Source: Eledone cirrhosa (taxonomy: Eukaryota). From it: DNA of 64,000 bases. The notes beneath the pieces were generated by a model that saw nothing but the letters and a program-made list of their open reading frames with translations, made no database searches and had not been told where the DNA came from. Location: positions 175,460,001-175,524,000 of the forward strand of contig OZ024742.1 in the NCBI GenBank assembly GCA_964016885.1, in the 5' to 3' direction. Both the position numbers and the translations under genes were made by a program. Below are positions 42,290 to 56,806 of the stretch, piece by piece. Position 1 is the first letter of the stretch. Each line of letters starts with the position of its first letter.

Positions 42290-43799
42290 TATACAAACCT
42301 AGATATCTACATATGTATGAGTACATGTATGAGTGCCTATGCTTATGTTTGTATCTGTGTTTGCCCCATAAATTAGAGGTTTGACATAAAGGGACCAATG
42401 AAATAAGTAACAGAGGAAATGAAAACATAGGAAATCTGTGCTGGAGAAGACCCAGCCAACCCATGCTACTATGGAAAGGTGGGTGTATGATGATGCTGAT
42501 GATGATATCAAATATCATTTCAATGTTTATGATGATCCCATAAACATGTTGGTAAATTATCCAATATACCTGTACAATTTTTTTATCATATTTATCTAGA
42601 GAAGTACTTATATATATATATATATATATAAAAGTACTTCTCTTTATATATATATTATAAGAACAGATTAAAGTTTAAGCAAAGAATCATTGCTTTCACC
42701 CTTAACAGGATCTTCTGATAAAAGAGTCGAAGTCGGTGTTGCAACATATGTACAAACGTTATTTGCATATAACGATTGCTTCGATATTAATCAGCTCAGG
42801 GTACAATCAAGGTGAAAGGGCCTGACTCTTTTTTTTATCTCGTCATATATGAGATCTTATATGGGCAAAGATACATCTAAACTGTTTACAGAGGTCCTGA
42901 GATCTGTTTATATACACTTATTGGTGGGTTTGTAACTGTTGTTACACACATAACCTACACACGTGTGTGTTTATATATATATATATATATACACTAAAGA
43001 CAGGCTTTCACACAGTTTCCATCAACAAAATTTAACTCACATGGAATTGATCAACTGAAGAATATATTTGCCTAAATTTCCAAGCTGTAGGAGTGGATTT
43101 AAAATGATATGTTTGTGAAGTGAACTTATAAATCACACAACCATGACTATACCAAGTTATGAATTATTCCTGAACCATTGTTGGTGTGCTGTATTTCTAC
43201 AGTTGAATCAGTGCAAGCGTAGAAATCTTAATCCAGACATGGAATAAAGCAATTTCCCATAATAAAATTGTTCATTCCACAAAAAAAAAAAAAAAAAAAA
43301 GAATCCTACATTTCCAGAAAGAAAATGATTTTAAATGCTATTAGAATGAAGGATTTTGTCAATCACTTAAGGGATAGTGTTAGAAATATCAAAAAAAGTG
43401 GGTATTATATTTGATTCTATTAATATAACTTCTGCAGTAAGCAGTTAATTTACAAAATAGATTTTCAATATAATCAATATTATTTTGAAATGTTTTATTG
43501 AAACTCTACTGGATAGAATTAACTTTTAACATCCTGTAATGATTTTGCAGAAAATATCTAAAAACAGGTTTCTTACTCAAATCTTTGCAGAAAACTAAAT
43601 ATTTTAAATTTCATTTTGATGCAGCCATAGCACTATTTTCTACTTTTCAAGGAGGTTTTGAATTACAGTGGACGATAATGGGGCTAAGGTACTTTCATAG
43701 CTAAGCACTCTCATGAGCCTTACTTGATATTGTAATTCATTTCTGAACCTATATACACTTTTATATTAAATATGTATATATTTACATATAAATGTATGG

Positions 43800-44131
43800 A
43801 GGCACATGACTTAGTGGTTAGAGCATTGGCCTTGCAATCGAAAGGTTGTGAGTTCAATTCTCAGACCGGGTGATGTGTTGTTTCCTTGAGCAAGACACTT
43901 TATTTCACATTGCTCCAGTTTACTCAGCTGTAGAAATGAGATGATAGGGACTGGGGTCCATACCATTCCACTGTAAAGTGGTCGTGGAGGTGCCACGGGA
44001 AAAAAAGCACCCAGCACTCACTGTAAGTGAAGTTGGTGTTAGGAAGGGCATCCAGCTGTAGAAATCGAGCCAGAATCAGTTCCCGTCCCACCCTTGCAAG
44101 CAGGGAAAAGCGGACGTAAAATGATGATGAT
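43800..44131 (+). mobile_element. Full-length SINE family B
   Basis: A box, B box, central domain and RTE-like tail ggacgtaaaatgatgatgat. Confidence 0.92.
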
Positions 44132-44269
44132 AAATACAATTTATATGATAAATATGATTGTAAAAATTTTACTCAGAGACAAATAGCATGAAATAAAATA
44201 CAAGAAAATACATGCACATTCAATTATTCATTACAATAGGGAATATTGGTGTTTCCATCTAAATCTTTC

Positions 44270-44450
44270 TGAGGCAACCCAAGACACTCATGGTAAGTAT
44301 TGAGGATGTGAATAACATTAAGCTGCTGGAATAGCCAAGCACCCTCAACAGAAGTATTTACCACTGCTTCAATAAGGTGAACTACCAACAATGGCAAAAG
44401 CCTCTTTGTCAGTAGCTCAGCTTCCTCTGAATGTTTCAAATACAAGAGGT
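44270..44450 (-). pseudogene. Second CRE-like C-terminal fragment
   Basis: VFETF and EGAWLFQQLNV resemble EGA*LFQHLSL at ~8074-8106. Confidence 0.45.
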
Positions 44451-44739
44451 AGATAAATATAGTTTACCAATAAAGCATGGCATTTCTGAATGATTGTTTG
44501 CTAAACGACTGTCATTAAACATCCTGCTTCAATAATACAACATCCTGCTATATGATATTTTACATCTATGAAGTTGTATTGTATATAATACTATTTGTAG
44601 ATTCCCTGAATGACAGTTATTAAACTGTAAACAAAAATATTGGCTAAAAATTGGTAAGTTATGGCAAAATTAAATATAATAAGATTTTAAATTACAGTTA
44701 CAATTCACCATTATACTTCTTTTGGTCATATTCTACATA

Positions 44740-44808
44740 TGATGATGATAATAATGATACTACTACTATTACTACTACTACTACTACGACTACTACTACT
44801 ACTACTAC

Positions 44809-44862
<54 letters not shown>

Positions 44863-44920
44863 TAACAATAATGAGACAATTACAGCAAAATAATAATAAT
44901 AATGATGATAATAATAATTT
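44740..44920. repeat. Compound trinucleotide microsatellite (GAT)/(ACT)n/(AAT)n
   Basis: Direct reading. Confidence 0.95.
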
Positions 44921-46619
44921 ACTACTACAATTTTATTGTTACATATTAAATAGCTGGCTTATGCTTGTTTTTGATCAAATCCTTGACTAAGTCTAATATC
45001 TGCTATTCAGCATCTTCAGATTACTCTAATAATTCCCATTCTTTTGTAGATATTTGAAATATTTGATTTACAGAAGAATGAAGAAAACTGTATTACATTT
45101 TTGATGTCTGTTAATATTATTTCCGTTCATATTATGCTAGCAACAAAAAGAAAATACAACTGTGCCAAGTCAGGTGTATTGAAAATGAGACTATGTTCTT
45201 CTTATGGATTTTAAAGGAGAAAAAAATATCTTTAAATAAATCATATATTCAATAATTTTTGTTGCCATTTTTTTTATTCAAATTCATTTTTCTGTCCTTC
45301 CTGGAGAAAATAATACTACTGGGAATTCTAGAGAAACTATCCATTTGTTGATCATTTCATGAAGACAGAAGAATACATCTACTTCCTTCATTTTATTCTC
45401 AACCACTTTAGTCTTTTGTAATAGTATGTATTTATTATCGCTACCTAATACGCATAATGTGTAATTCTAGGGAAAAAAACAAATTACTAAATGCACATAT
45501 ATACAATTACGCGCATACACAAATATACACACACACAACCCATGCCAGCACAGAATAATGGATGTTAAATGATGAGAATGATGATGATATATGTGTATAT
45601 GTAATTCATAGGTATACAAAAATACACACACAAACACATTCATAGATGTATGTGTGTGTCTAATTTAAAGTTATACAAAAGCACACACACACACGTGTGT
45701 ATATAAGTTGCAATTTAAAGTTATACAAAAATACACATATACACAAACATGTATGTGTATATATGTATGTGTGTGTGTTTGTAATTTAAAGTTAGACACA
45801 CACACACATATATATAGGTTCTCATTTTGTCCTATTTACTGAACATTTTTCTTGCTCCTCCTGATACTCCCATTAAATATCATTTAACTATATATAATGT
45901 ATCAAATTAACAACTATTAAATTATTCTGAGAATACCGCCAATGTTATATTCTATTATTTCAGAAGATTAGCTATTCATGAAGAGCAGAAAACATTTCTA
46001 TAGTGATTCCTAAATGAGACAAAGGGAAGATTCTTTCTTTCTAAGTTAAATAATCTCAACCAATAAATAAAAGTAAAATCAAAAATGCCGTTAAACATCT
46101 ATTAATGCTGGCTGAAAGAAAGCTGCAGTTTTATCTTCTTCATGAATATATAATGGCTAAGATAGAAGAAAGAATAGATAGAGAGTGAAGGAGATGTAAA
46201 CGTGAAAGAGCCTAGATGAAGGAAAGTAAAACTCCACTGACAATAGAAACATTAAATCAACTATTTACAATTAAAATGTTGGGATGGCAGAAAGAATATT
46301 GTCAATAGGCTCCACATTTCTATATAAATTCTAATGAAGGCTGACTGCAGTTGAGAAGGTTTTTCAATAAATGTACTTAGGTTAGCTGTATAGTAAAAGT
46401 CCTGGCCAAGCAAACAGCATGACAATTGCTATTAACTGACACAAACCAACTGGCAAATATGGCTAACTAACAATTTAATATCTAAGTTGGTTTAAGCCAA
46501 GAGCAGAAATAATACAAAGCTGTATGTAATAAGATATCCATAGAAAAGCATTGCCTGTTAATGATTTATATAAAGTAAAACTTCTGCTTATACACATAAA
46601 TATATATATATCAAAACTT

Positions 46620-47530
46620 ATTCTCTAATTCTTTTATGGATTCAGCTATAAGGACCAGATCATCTGCATAGAGATGTTCCCATGGACAGCCAGTCTAAAA
46701 TTCCTCGGTTATGGCCTGGAGAACTATAATGAAGAGTAGTGCACTGAAAACTGAATACTAATGAACTCCTACCTGCACCTTGAACTCCTCACTAAACTCC
46801 ATTCTTATTCTGACATTACTGACAGGTCCTCTGCTCTTACAAGCCATTCTTCTGCACCTATTTTTTAAGGACCACAAGATAACAGAACAAGGTACTCTGT
46901 CAAATGCCTTTTCTAGATCAACAAAAGCTAAATACAGCTGTTTATTCTTGTCAAATAGTACTATTCCCAGACACAAAACTGAACAGCATCTCATCAAATC
47001 TTAGTCTTATCCGAATTAGCTGTACTAGAACTCTTTCTGTCAATTTCATAACTTGGTCTATTAGTTTTATCCCTCTGTAGTTGCTCCTTTCCTTTCTAGA
47101 GCATCACCTTTAACCTTGTAGCAAGTAACAAATATATTGCTTCATCAGTCCTTGGATGGGACACCCTCCTGTATCACCTGATTGACTAAGCAGGTGACTA
47201 ATTAACTCCTACTTCTCCCAATGCTTTTAGTATCTCAGCAACGCTCTCTGATGGTCCTGTGATTTTACCATTCTTCATCTCTTTGTCCCTACAACTGTTG
47301 ATTTCAATAGTTGGTTCCTCTGTCAGGTCAAATGAGGGTAGTCTCTCCTATTCCCATTCATTCTCCATGTTCATCAGACTCTCGTAGTAACATTTACAGA
47401 CCTCTTTCTTTTGAGCACCAGTGGAATCATTTCAAGTATACTTTTCCCCAACAACATTCCAATTCACACCTCACATCTCTGATTCACATGTCACAAGACA
47501 TTGTTGGCAAACCTTCATCTTTCAGCCTCT
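46620..47530 (-). pseudogene. RTE (BovB-like) LINE RT fragment
   Basis: NYRGIKL, LYLAFVDLEKAFDRVP, EEFKVQVGVH and LYADDLVLIAES motifs with frameshifts. Confidence 0.88.
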
Positions 47531-49846
47531 TTCCAAGCTATGTATTGTGGTATTTATGATATACCAATCCTGGACTCCAAAATTTTAATACATTCATCAC
47601 TGATGGCACTGGTCCATCTGTAAAGTTCTGGTGCTAGTCCCACAAAAACACACATAGTACAGTGGTTGTTGTTAGGAAAGACATCCAAATGTAGAAACCA
47701 TACAAAATATGGAAGATATAAGCAAGGCATGATCACCTGACTGATCTAATCTCAGAATGTGACAACCCATCCAAACGATGCCAGGATTGATGATATACAT
47801 ATATGACTATGAATTGCCTCAGTTTAGACCAAAAACAAATTAACATCACACCAATGCTATCCAAGAACTGTAAACTATAAGCCTACATTTGATCATACCC
47901 TCCAGATACATAGCATACTAGACATAAAGTAAAATCTATCAGACATTTCAAATCTATAATCAAACACTCTCAGCATAACGACAACCGGCCTTCACCAATT
48001 ACTGGTACAGCATCAATAGGCATCATTTGGTTGGAGCTGCCACATTACATGGTTCCTTAAATAAGATGGTTAGAAAGTGTTCTAAATGTTTGCTACTGAA
48101 TTTAAAGAAGGTCTCAAACACTTGTCCAACAAACCGGCTTTCTATGGTCCATGGCAGAACAATTTTCGTGACTAATATTTTCCTAAAACTTGGTAATAAC
48201 ATTTATAGTACAATTTATTGCAATTTATCCAGGAAATACAATAAAATGGATAAACCAAAGTAAAAGTGGTAGTAAGGAACATCTAAAAAAAGGGGTCACC
48301 CTAGATTTTGTACTTATTCCTATATCCCACTTACTGTTATAAAGTGTTCATTTTGTTAAGAAAAAAACAATAAATATCAACCTATCTGTTATATTATAGA
48401 TTAGCATCATAATTGATGGAGATCCATACCACCTCCTCTCATTTCACTTTTGTCCAGCTTTGTCATTCTCTCAAGTATCTAATTACATTTTTGAGTCCTT
48501 GAGTTTGAGACCCCTGATTTTAAGATCTTTGTTGTAGAAATAACCTTCAATTCATCAGACGTTTTTTTTTTATCAATATACCAGATGTACGAGAAATATT
48601 AAAATATAGTTTAAGAAAGCTTTTAGTCATAATTTGATATTATTCAAAGAATTATTGACTGATTCATAACTTTGAATGTTTAATCTTAAAGAAAAAGATT
48701 GACTATTTAGATTTTTCTGCCATTGCAAGCCAGGGAAAATATTTGAATAAATTTGAGAAAATGAATTATGGTATTATTTTCTAAATTATTGTTTGTAATG
48801 GTCAGATATGTAAATTTAGAATTCAGCTCTAGTGCTTCTGACTTTTCTTATTTTCATTTTTATTTTATTATATTGATATTTTATGTTTTATGTTATTTTT
48901 ATGTTATTACTGATGCGTCAGTTTGAGAATCATTAATTCAGTTTTGAAACACTTTTGATATGCCATCCATTACACTATTCTCTAAGGTTTTCATACTTTG
49001 TTAGATGAAATAAGAATAATGCAATTTTGATTTTCAAGCTTGAGCTAGTTTTTGTTTTATTTTGTTCATTGCTTCGAATATTTTTTTGCTTTATTTTGCT
49101 TTTGTTTTTCCGTTTTGTTTAAAATATTCATCAAATTAGTAATAATTTAGCAACAAATTGCTCAGAGTAAAAATTTCAACAAAACTGAAGTTGGGAATTA
49201 ATCTCTTCAAACCAATAAAAATTTAAAGAGGATTCATTGAATTAACAGGAAAACAGATAAATGGACAGGGTGTGTGTGTGATTGGGGGGGGGGGGGTATT
49301 AACTAATATAGAACAATGATTTCCTAGAACTTCAATTATGAAATTCATTAGTCTCAAGTGACATTATACTGCATTCTTTTATGCCCTGTTTTATTCTCGT
49401 TTGAAAATACATAATTCCAGCCTCATTGCTAGAGCTGCGTAAGTTTTACTATTATTATAGTCAGTAAAAATTGTTTGGAGAATTTTCCCCAAGGTAATCG
49501 AAACCCTCTGTTGGCTGTTATTTCAGTTATTCTCAAAATTCCCACTTAAACTTAAGTTATCCTCTGCTTCCACTAAATATTTTATTACGGTTTACTTAAA
49601 ATAGAAAGTATGAAATTTTTATATAAAAATGAAAATACAAATGACCATCAATATTTCTACAAGTAGATCACTATTGATTTCTAATTTAGGCACAAGACCA
49701 GAAAATTTCAGAGAAGGACAGCATAGATTAAATCAACCCTTGTACTTAAATGGTATTTTGTATTATCAACACCATTATTTAACTAGTACTTTGTTTTATC
49801 AAAACCTAGAATGATGATAGTTAAAATTGACCCCAGCATTTATTGA

Positions 49847-50067
49847 CCCTTTAGCATTTACATTATTCAGTATTTACTATTGTATTTTCATAGTAAAAGC
49901 TTTATCTTACGTAATTATCTCACATAATATCGCATCTACAAGATTTTGATGTTATCTATTTTGAGAATAATACCTTAATGTAGATATGAGCAGCCAATTA
50001 CAGCCGATTTGAAAAGAAAGAAGTGAGAGAGTTCTGGCTGAATACAGCCGGTTCAAATACTAAAGGG
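49847..50067. mobile_element. piggyBac-like MITE
   Basis: TIRs ccctttagcattt / aaatactaaaggg flanked by TTGA and TTAA. Confidence 0.7.
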
Positions 50068-51199
50068 TTAAAATCAACCCAGTATTTAACTTGTACGTAA
50101 TTTTATCAAAGGGCAGTTTAAATTAATTCCCCAGTGGTACCTTATTTTATCAACCCTGGAATGATGAAAGGTGAATTGTTCCCAGTAGGATTTGAACTTA
50201 GAATTCAAAGAACCAGAACAAATGCTGCAATGATATTATCTGACGCTCTACCAATTCTACCAATCCACCACCCTACAACTAGATCAGTATTAGTAGTTTT
50301 ACATCAATACTAAATACAGCATGGCTGTATGGTTAAGTAGTCCACTTGACAATTATTATGTTCTGGGTTTGATCCCACTGGGTGGCATCTTTGAAAGTGT
50401 CATTTACCATATCCGTAGTCAAACCCAGATCTTGTGAGTGAAATTGTGTAGACAGAATCTGTTTGAAGCTTGGGAGATGGACACTACTTATAATCATCAC
50501 ACCTTGTGTCATGCTGAATCTCCCTGAGAAATATGTTAAGTGTATATGTGCCTGTGGAATGTTTAACCAGTTACATTTTAATTTGCCAAACAGCCTGAAG
50601 AATTGACCGAACAACTGGAGCACTTAGCACTGAAACTGATGGAGGTCCATTCAAAAATATGAAATCATATTCATATAAAATGAAAATACAAGTAACCACC
50701 AACTAATCAATATTAGGAGTTTCTTCTACATCAAGTGCAAATAAAAATCAGCAGTGCTCCAGTATGGCCTCAGCCTATTAACTGGAATGAATAAAAGAGA
50801 AATTGTTCAATTTGCGCAACATTCTACTGAGTTTAGATAGAAATGACAGATTTACACCCAAAAGAAAGCCTTATCGACATTGGTGCAATCATGGTTTGAG
50901 GTTAAGGAGTTTACGTTGCAACCACATGGCTTTGGGTTTAGTGTGATTGCATGGCTCCTTGGGTAAGTTGCTTCTACTATAGATTTATGTTGACCATTGC
51001 CTTCATCATCATTTAATGTTCATTTTCCAGGCTCGCAAAGTGTACTATAGTGGTATGGGGTATTAGACGAGTAAGGTGTATTGCAGTAGTACAGTTGGAG
51101 ATATATAGTTTATTACAGTGCTGTGGTATATTGTAGTTGTATGGTGGGAGATATTTAGTGTATTATAGTGGTATGGTGTAAAACTCAGTCATATAATAG

Positions 51200-51870
51200 A
51201 CATGTGTGTATTAGAGTATATACCTGTGTCATAAGCTAGATACTTGTGTCATAAGCTAGATACATGTGTCATAAGGTAGACATGTGTGTCATAAGATAGA
51301 TATCTGTGTCCTATGGTAGATATCAGTAACATATGATAAACATCTGTGTTATAAGGTAGATATCAGTGTTATAAGATAGACATCTGTGTCAAAGTGTAGA
51401 TATCTATGTCATAATGTAGATATCTGTGTCATAAAGTAGATATATATATGTCATAAAGTAGATATATATATATGTCGTAATGTAGATATCTGAGTCATAA
51501 CATAGATATTAGTGTCATATGGTATACATCTGTATAGTAAAGTAAACATCTGTGTCATAGTGTAGATATCTGTGTCATATGGTAGGTATTTGTGTTAAAG
51601 TAGATATCTGTCATAAACTAGATATCTATGTTATAAAATAGATATATTTGACATAAAGTATATATATGTGTCATAAAGTAGATATCTATGTCACAAAGTA
51701 AATATTTGGGTATTGAACTAGATATCTGTGTGATAAGATAGATATCTATGTCATAAGGTCGATATATGTCATGAGGTATGTATCTGTGTCATAAGGTTGA
51801 TATCTGTGTCATAAAATAGACATCTGTATCCTTATGTTGGCATCTGATATCTGTGTAATAAGGTAGACAT
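51200..51870. repeat. ~20-bp minisatellite, about 30 degenerate units
   Basis: Consensus approximately atctgtgtcataaggtagat. Confidence 0.92.
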
Positions 51871-52659
51871 ATCTGATATATAGTATCATATAGTGATATC
51901 CTTGTCATTCAAACATTGATAGCTGTGACATATGACACAGTGCACTGAATTTCTAGTTCAAAATAAAATTCTTTGTAAACAGGATAGCTTCTACGTGTTT
52001 ACAACTTTCTCACATTCTACCTGTTTTTAATGATGTCTAATGAGATTGAAGGATGAAGCTACAGGTGAAGACATTACTTCTTTAATGGCTGCTAGCTGCA
52101 ATCTGGTTTTATCCAATTAATTACTATTGTAGCTAATCTTATTTTGGAAAAGATTTCTAATTTCCTGGAAGCATTTATAATAAAATGGGTGTCTATCACC
52201 CAGCTTATTCATAAAAAGGAAACTATTCTAGAATTAGAGCAAGATTGAATATTCTGTATTCGGAGATGATTTTCAATATTAAAAGTATCCTTATTGTCTT
52301 CTTCTTCATTTTGTATAGCACCACTGAGATATAATTTGATTATCTGCAGGGAAATATGGACCCTTTTCTTAAATAGTCTTCAGTAAAGAGAAAAATAGCC
52401 ATACACTTTAAATTCCATTACTTTCTTTATTTAATGTGGCAATAAATGAAATCCTACATTCGAATTTATTTTCAAAATGTATGCTGTATTTTTAGTGATG
52501 AAAATGGTGTTCTTGAGAAGGATGTTTGGAGTAATGCACTTCAACAAGGTGCATTGTTTGAAGATCAGAGAGGTGCTCTAAACAGAGCCACTAATTCCCC
52601 TCATCAAGAGAACACAACTCTAGTACTCTGGAAATTTGGTTAGGAAGTCCACTTTACAA

Positions 52660-52875
52660 GCAAATCCACCTGGCAGGAGGCCCACAAGTAGACCACAACA
52701 AGATGGTTTGGTAACATCCATGAGCTAGGTTGGTCCCACTTGGGCATCCAGCCAGATCATTTGGCAATGGCTGCTTTTGATAGGACACTCAGGAGGAGGA
52801 GGAGAAGAAGAAGAAGAAGGAGAAGAAGAAGAAGAAGAAGAAGAAGAAGAAGAAGAAGAAGAAGAAGAAGAAGAG
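52660..52875 (+). pseudogene. RTE 3' fragment followed by (GGA)/(GAA)n tract
   Basis: agatggtttggtaacatccatgagctaggttggtc matches the 6960-7050 (-) fragment. Purine triplet run at 52791-52875. Confidence 0.65.
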
Positions 52876-54824
52876 TTGTATATTATACAGAAAGAAAAAT
52901 GACAAATAAAATTAACTGTGTAAATGTGTGAAGGAGAGTGGTCTGTTTCTTTACTTGTCATTGGTTGACCATTCACCCTGTCTCAGAATGTTAGAGTAAG
53001 ACACATTTCCTGCACAGTCTAAACTTGAACATCCAAGGGTGAACCGTCCAATCAGTACACACCAGCATAGAGTGGAGACTTCTGGTGTCCTTGGCCCTAG
53101 AGATACCTCCCTACTCACCAACATAAGCGGTGAGCTGGCCAGCTGCAGGTGTGAGCCTCGCGAGTTGGAATGGCTTTTCTAGCGCATCTCTCTTACCATC
53201 CTCTAGGGAAATACCTTCTTCATTATGTCCGCCGGGGCTGTGGGAAGGCCAGCACGTGGGACCCCATTTGCTCACCATACAGAGAGATGGGGAGGCCAAG
53301 AGACATGCAGGCAATGACAGTGGGAGTTCGGCTCTTCCACATTCGGACCATATCCTTGTGGTTGTGTTCATTATCCATAGCGAGAAGTTATACTGTTAAC
53401 ACTATCATGTATTTTGGTTTCGATGAAAAAATATCATAATGATGATGGCAATGGTAATGGTGATGATGATGATGATAGAGGTGGTGATGAAGATGGGGAT
53501 GATGACAATGGTGGGTTGGTGATGATAATGATGGTGTTGATGATGATGATAATGATTATGGTGATAGTGAATGTGATGAGGATGATCTACAATAAAAACT
53601 CTTTTACCACTGAGCTAGCATCTCATTTCTCACATGGGAATCTCTATTTTTGAATTCCATATGAAGTTTTAAACATCTCCTGTGAGAAAAAATATTGGAT
53701 GTCTGTGCAATGTGGAAACCAACATGTTAAACAACCATTTATTGTGCAACTGTTATTATGCAGCAACATGCCTGGAAACTTGCAGCCCAATGAATAACAG
53801 TTATATAAATAATGATGGAAGACTGGTTAAGTGGAGTGAGAAACCCATTAGACAAGGTTAATGGAAAGACACAGGGGATGATGGATAATGAAGGGAGAAA
53901 TAGCTAGACACTGAATTGGGCAAGTGAGAAGAAATAAAAGAAAATATGATAAAAATGGGAATCAAATTGATGAGAAAGCTAAGCTTTGTTAATTTCTTAA
54001 CGAAAATCCTATTCTTATATTTCTTGTTAACATCATCATCCTTTTACATCCCCTTTCCATGCTGACATGGGTTGGATACATCACAGTCTAAGACCAGAAA
54101 AATCGGAGCAATCCTTCATACTAATTACATTCCATATTTGGCATGGTTTCTATGGCTGGATGCTTTTCCTAATGACACCCACCTTACTGGGTTTACTGTG
54201 TATCAGGTGCATTATATTGTGTCACCAACACTAACATTTTAAAGGGTGTACTGGGTACATGTTATCATAGCACCAACACTAGAGGGGTTACCATATGCTT
54301 ATCCAGATTGAAGAGTCCTCTCAAAACCTACATGTCTCTATTTGATTGCCATATACTGTAGTCTCTGGTCTCTTATCCTGATAGCTTTTAGTGATGCAGC
54401 ACTTGTACTGGTGGATGGGACTTTGTAATATGGCATATTGCCAGTCAGCTCAGTCCTATGTCATCACTTCAGTGAATAACACATTTTGTTAATGAAAGAA
54501 CATACAAGGTCAACTTCCAGATGTTTAATAAAATATGGGTAGTTAGCAACAGTTGCAGGAGGAGTCACAGACCAAGGCAGTAATTAATCGGAGCTAGTGA
54601 ACTCTCAAACAGGCACAAAGACCATTTCTTTCTCATGCTCTCAAAATCTACATAGTGAACCAAGTGCATCTTAATTGGTGTACCAGCGCTGGGAAGATTT
54701 GTGTTTAACAGCTCCAGCCACTTTACAGAGTGTACTGGGTGCAATTATCACGTAGATCACTAGTGTTAGTGAGTTTGTCATATCTTGACACAACTGAAGA
54801 GTCTTCTTGACCTATTTTGGAATG

Positions 54825-54861
<37 letters not shown>

Positions 54862-54871
<10 letters not shown>

Positions 54872-55243
54872 TAAACGGAATAGAAAATGCTGACAAATTG
54901 TTCACAGTGAAAAATAGTTTAATTAGGAATAAGTGAGAATTAGTAATTGTATTGGTTAGTATTCAGTTTTCGTTTTAAGTTTTACCGGTTGCGCATTTCT
55001 AATGCTTTTCTAAAATAATTTTGAGATAGAGCGTCCGTGATGTTTGCTCAGATCAGAGAAAACATCACGGACGCTCTATCTCAAAATTATTTTAGAAAAG
55101 CATTAGAAATGCGCAACTGGTAAAACTTAAAACGAAAACTGAATACTAACCAATACAATTACTAATTCTCACTTATTCCTAATTAAACTATTTTTCACTG
55201 CGAACAATTTGTCAGCATTTTCTATTCTGTTTACCAATATATA
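54862..55243. repeat. Near-perfect long palindrome (~184-bp arms, 14-bp spacer)
   Basis: 54862-55045 versus 55060-55243, three mismatches seen, flanked by (TA)n. Confidence 0.95.
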
Positions 55244-55272
55244 ATAACTTGTGTGTTACACCTCTATTCTTT

Positions 55273-55337
<65 letters not shown>

Positions 55338-55519
55338 TACAGCATTAACAAAGAACACTGATTTCTCATATGAATGAAAGCATTATAGAACGTTTCAAAA
55401 GATTGTAGACTTGTTGTGTGACAGAGAGACAAAAAGGTTTTGCAGTTATTATAATATAGATTTTTTTGTCTGTTACAATACTTTTCCCTAGTACTTACTA
55501 CTGGCTATTATTAGAGTGT

Positions 55520-55645
55520 TCTGATCTGAGTTCAAATCCTGCCAAGGTTAACTTTGCCTTTCATCCTTCTGGGGTCGATAAAATAAAGTACCAGTAATGC
55601 ACTGAGATAATTGCTGGCCTTGTGCCAACAGTAGAAACAATTATT
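55520..55645 (+). mobile_element. SINE family A (5'-truncated)
   Basis: gagttcaaatcctgccaaggttaactttgcc...agtagaaacaattatt. Confidence 0.85.
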
Positions 55646-55820
55646 TAAGTGTTGAACAGTAAGGAGGAACAGTAGTAACAGCAGTAAGATAGGGGGGGAG
55701 GGTGCACCACAATCAGTTCAAGATGTTAACTCTAGAGAAGTGACATGCCTGGCAGCTAGAAGCTCTCCTGACTAAGATGACTGCAAACTATCTTTCATTT
55801 ACGAGAAGTACAGAGAGAGA

Positions 55821-55924
<104 letters not shown>

Positions 55925-55945
55925 TATATATATACATATATACAC

Positions 55946-56006
<61 letters not shown>

Positions 56007-56011
56007 TATAT

Positions 56012-56066
<55 letters not shown>

Positions 56067-56282
56067 TATATACACACATATATATATATATATACATAAA
56101 TATATATATACACATATACCCTTGTAAGCAGGGAAAAAGCGGGCGTAAAATGAAATGGTGATGGTGATCATATATACACATATATATATACACATATATA
56201 CACATATATATATATACATATATATACATATACATATATATATATATACATATATATAAATATATATATATACACACACATG

Positions 56283-56412
<130 letters not shown>

Positions 56413-56491
56413 TATATATATACATATATATATATACATATATATATATATACACACACATATATATATACATATGTATATATATATACAG

Positions 56492-56541
<50 letters not shown>

Positions 56542-56582
56542 ATACACACACACATATATATATATGTGTGTGTGTGGTTAGA

Positions 56583-56695
56583 GAATTGGCTGAGTGGTTA
56601 GAGAATTGGAATCGCAATCATAAGGTTGTGGGTTCGATTCCTGGACAGGGCGATGCGTTATGTCCTTGAGCAAGACACTTTATTTGACGTTGCTC
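56583..56695 (+). mobile_element. SINE family B-related 5' portion
   Basis: tggctgagtggttagag (A box), ggttcgattcc (B box) and gtccttgagcaagacacttt. Confidence 0.8.
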
Positions 56696-56806
56696 CTTCT
56701 ATCTGGGGTTAGTATTAGCAATTGGAAAGACCAATGGACACATTGTTTGCTCGGTCCAATTTGACGAAAGTCGATCGTTCCTATACATATACATATATAT
56801 ATATAC

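Noticed and set aside
43800-43870. tRNA-like sequences with A and B boxes (also ~9125, 28365, 56585)
   Set aside because: They continue into SINE bodies and tails, and I could not form a full cloverleaf; these are SINE heads.
51200-51870. Regular short repeats resembling a CRISPR array (also 18100-18640)
   Set aside because: Units are contiguous and degenerate with no unique spacers and no cas genes, in a eukaryotic context.
52740-52931. Poly-Arg/poly-Ser ORFs, and poly-Asn/Thr ORF at 44651-44893
   Set aside because: Translations of (GAA)n and (AAT)n/(ACT)n tracts.
53100-53350. GC-rich island, considered as an HDV-like ribozyme or exon
   Set aside because: A ucccacgu loop-like motif exists on the minus strand, but P1.1/P2/P4 could not be assembled and no convincing protein motif was seen. 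Probably a LINE 5' fragment; left unassigned.
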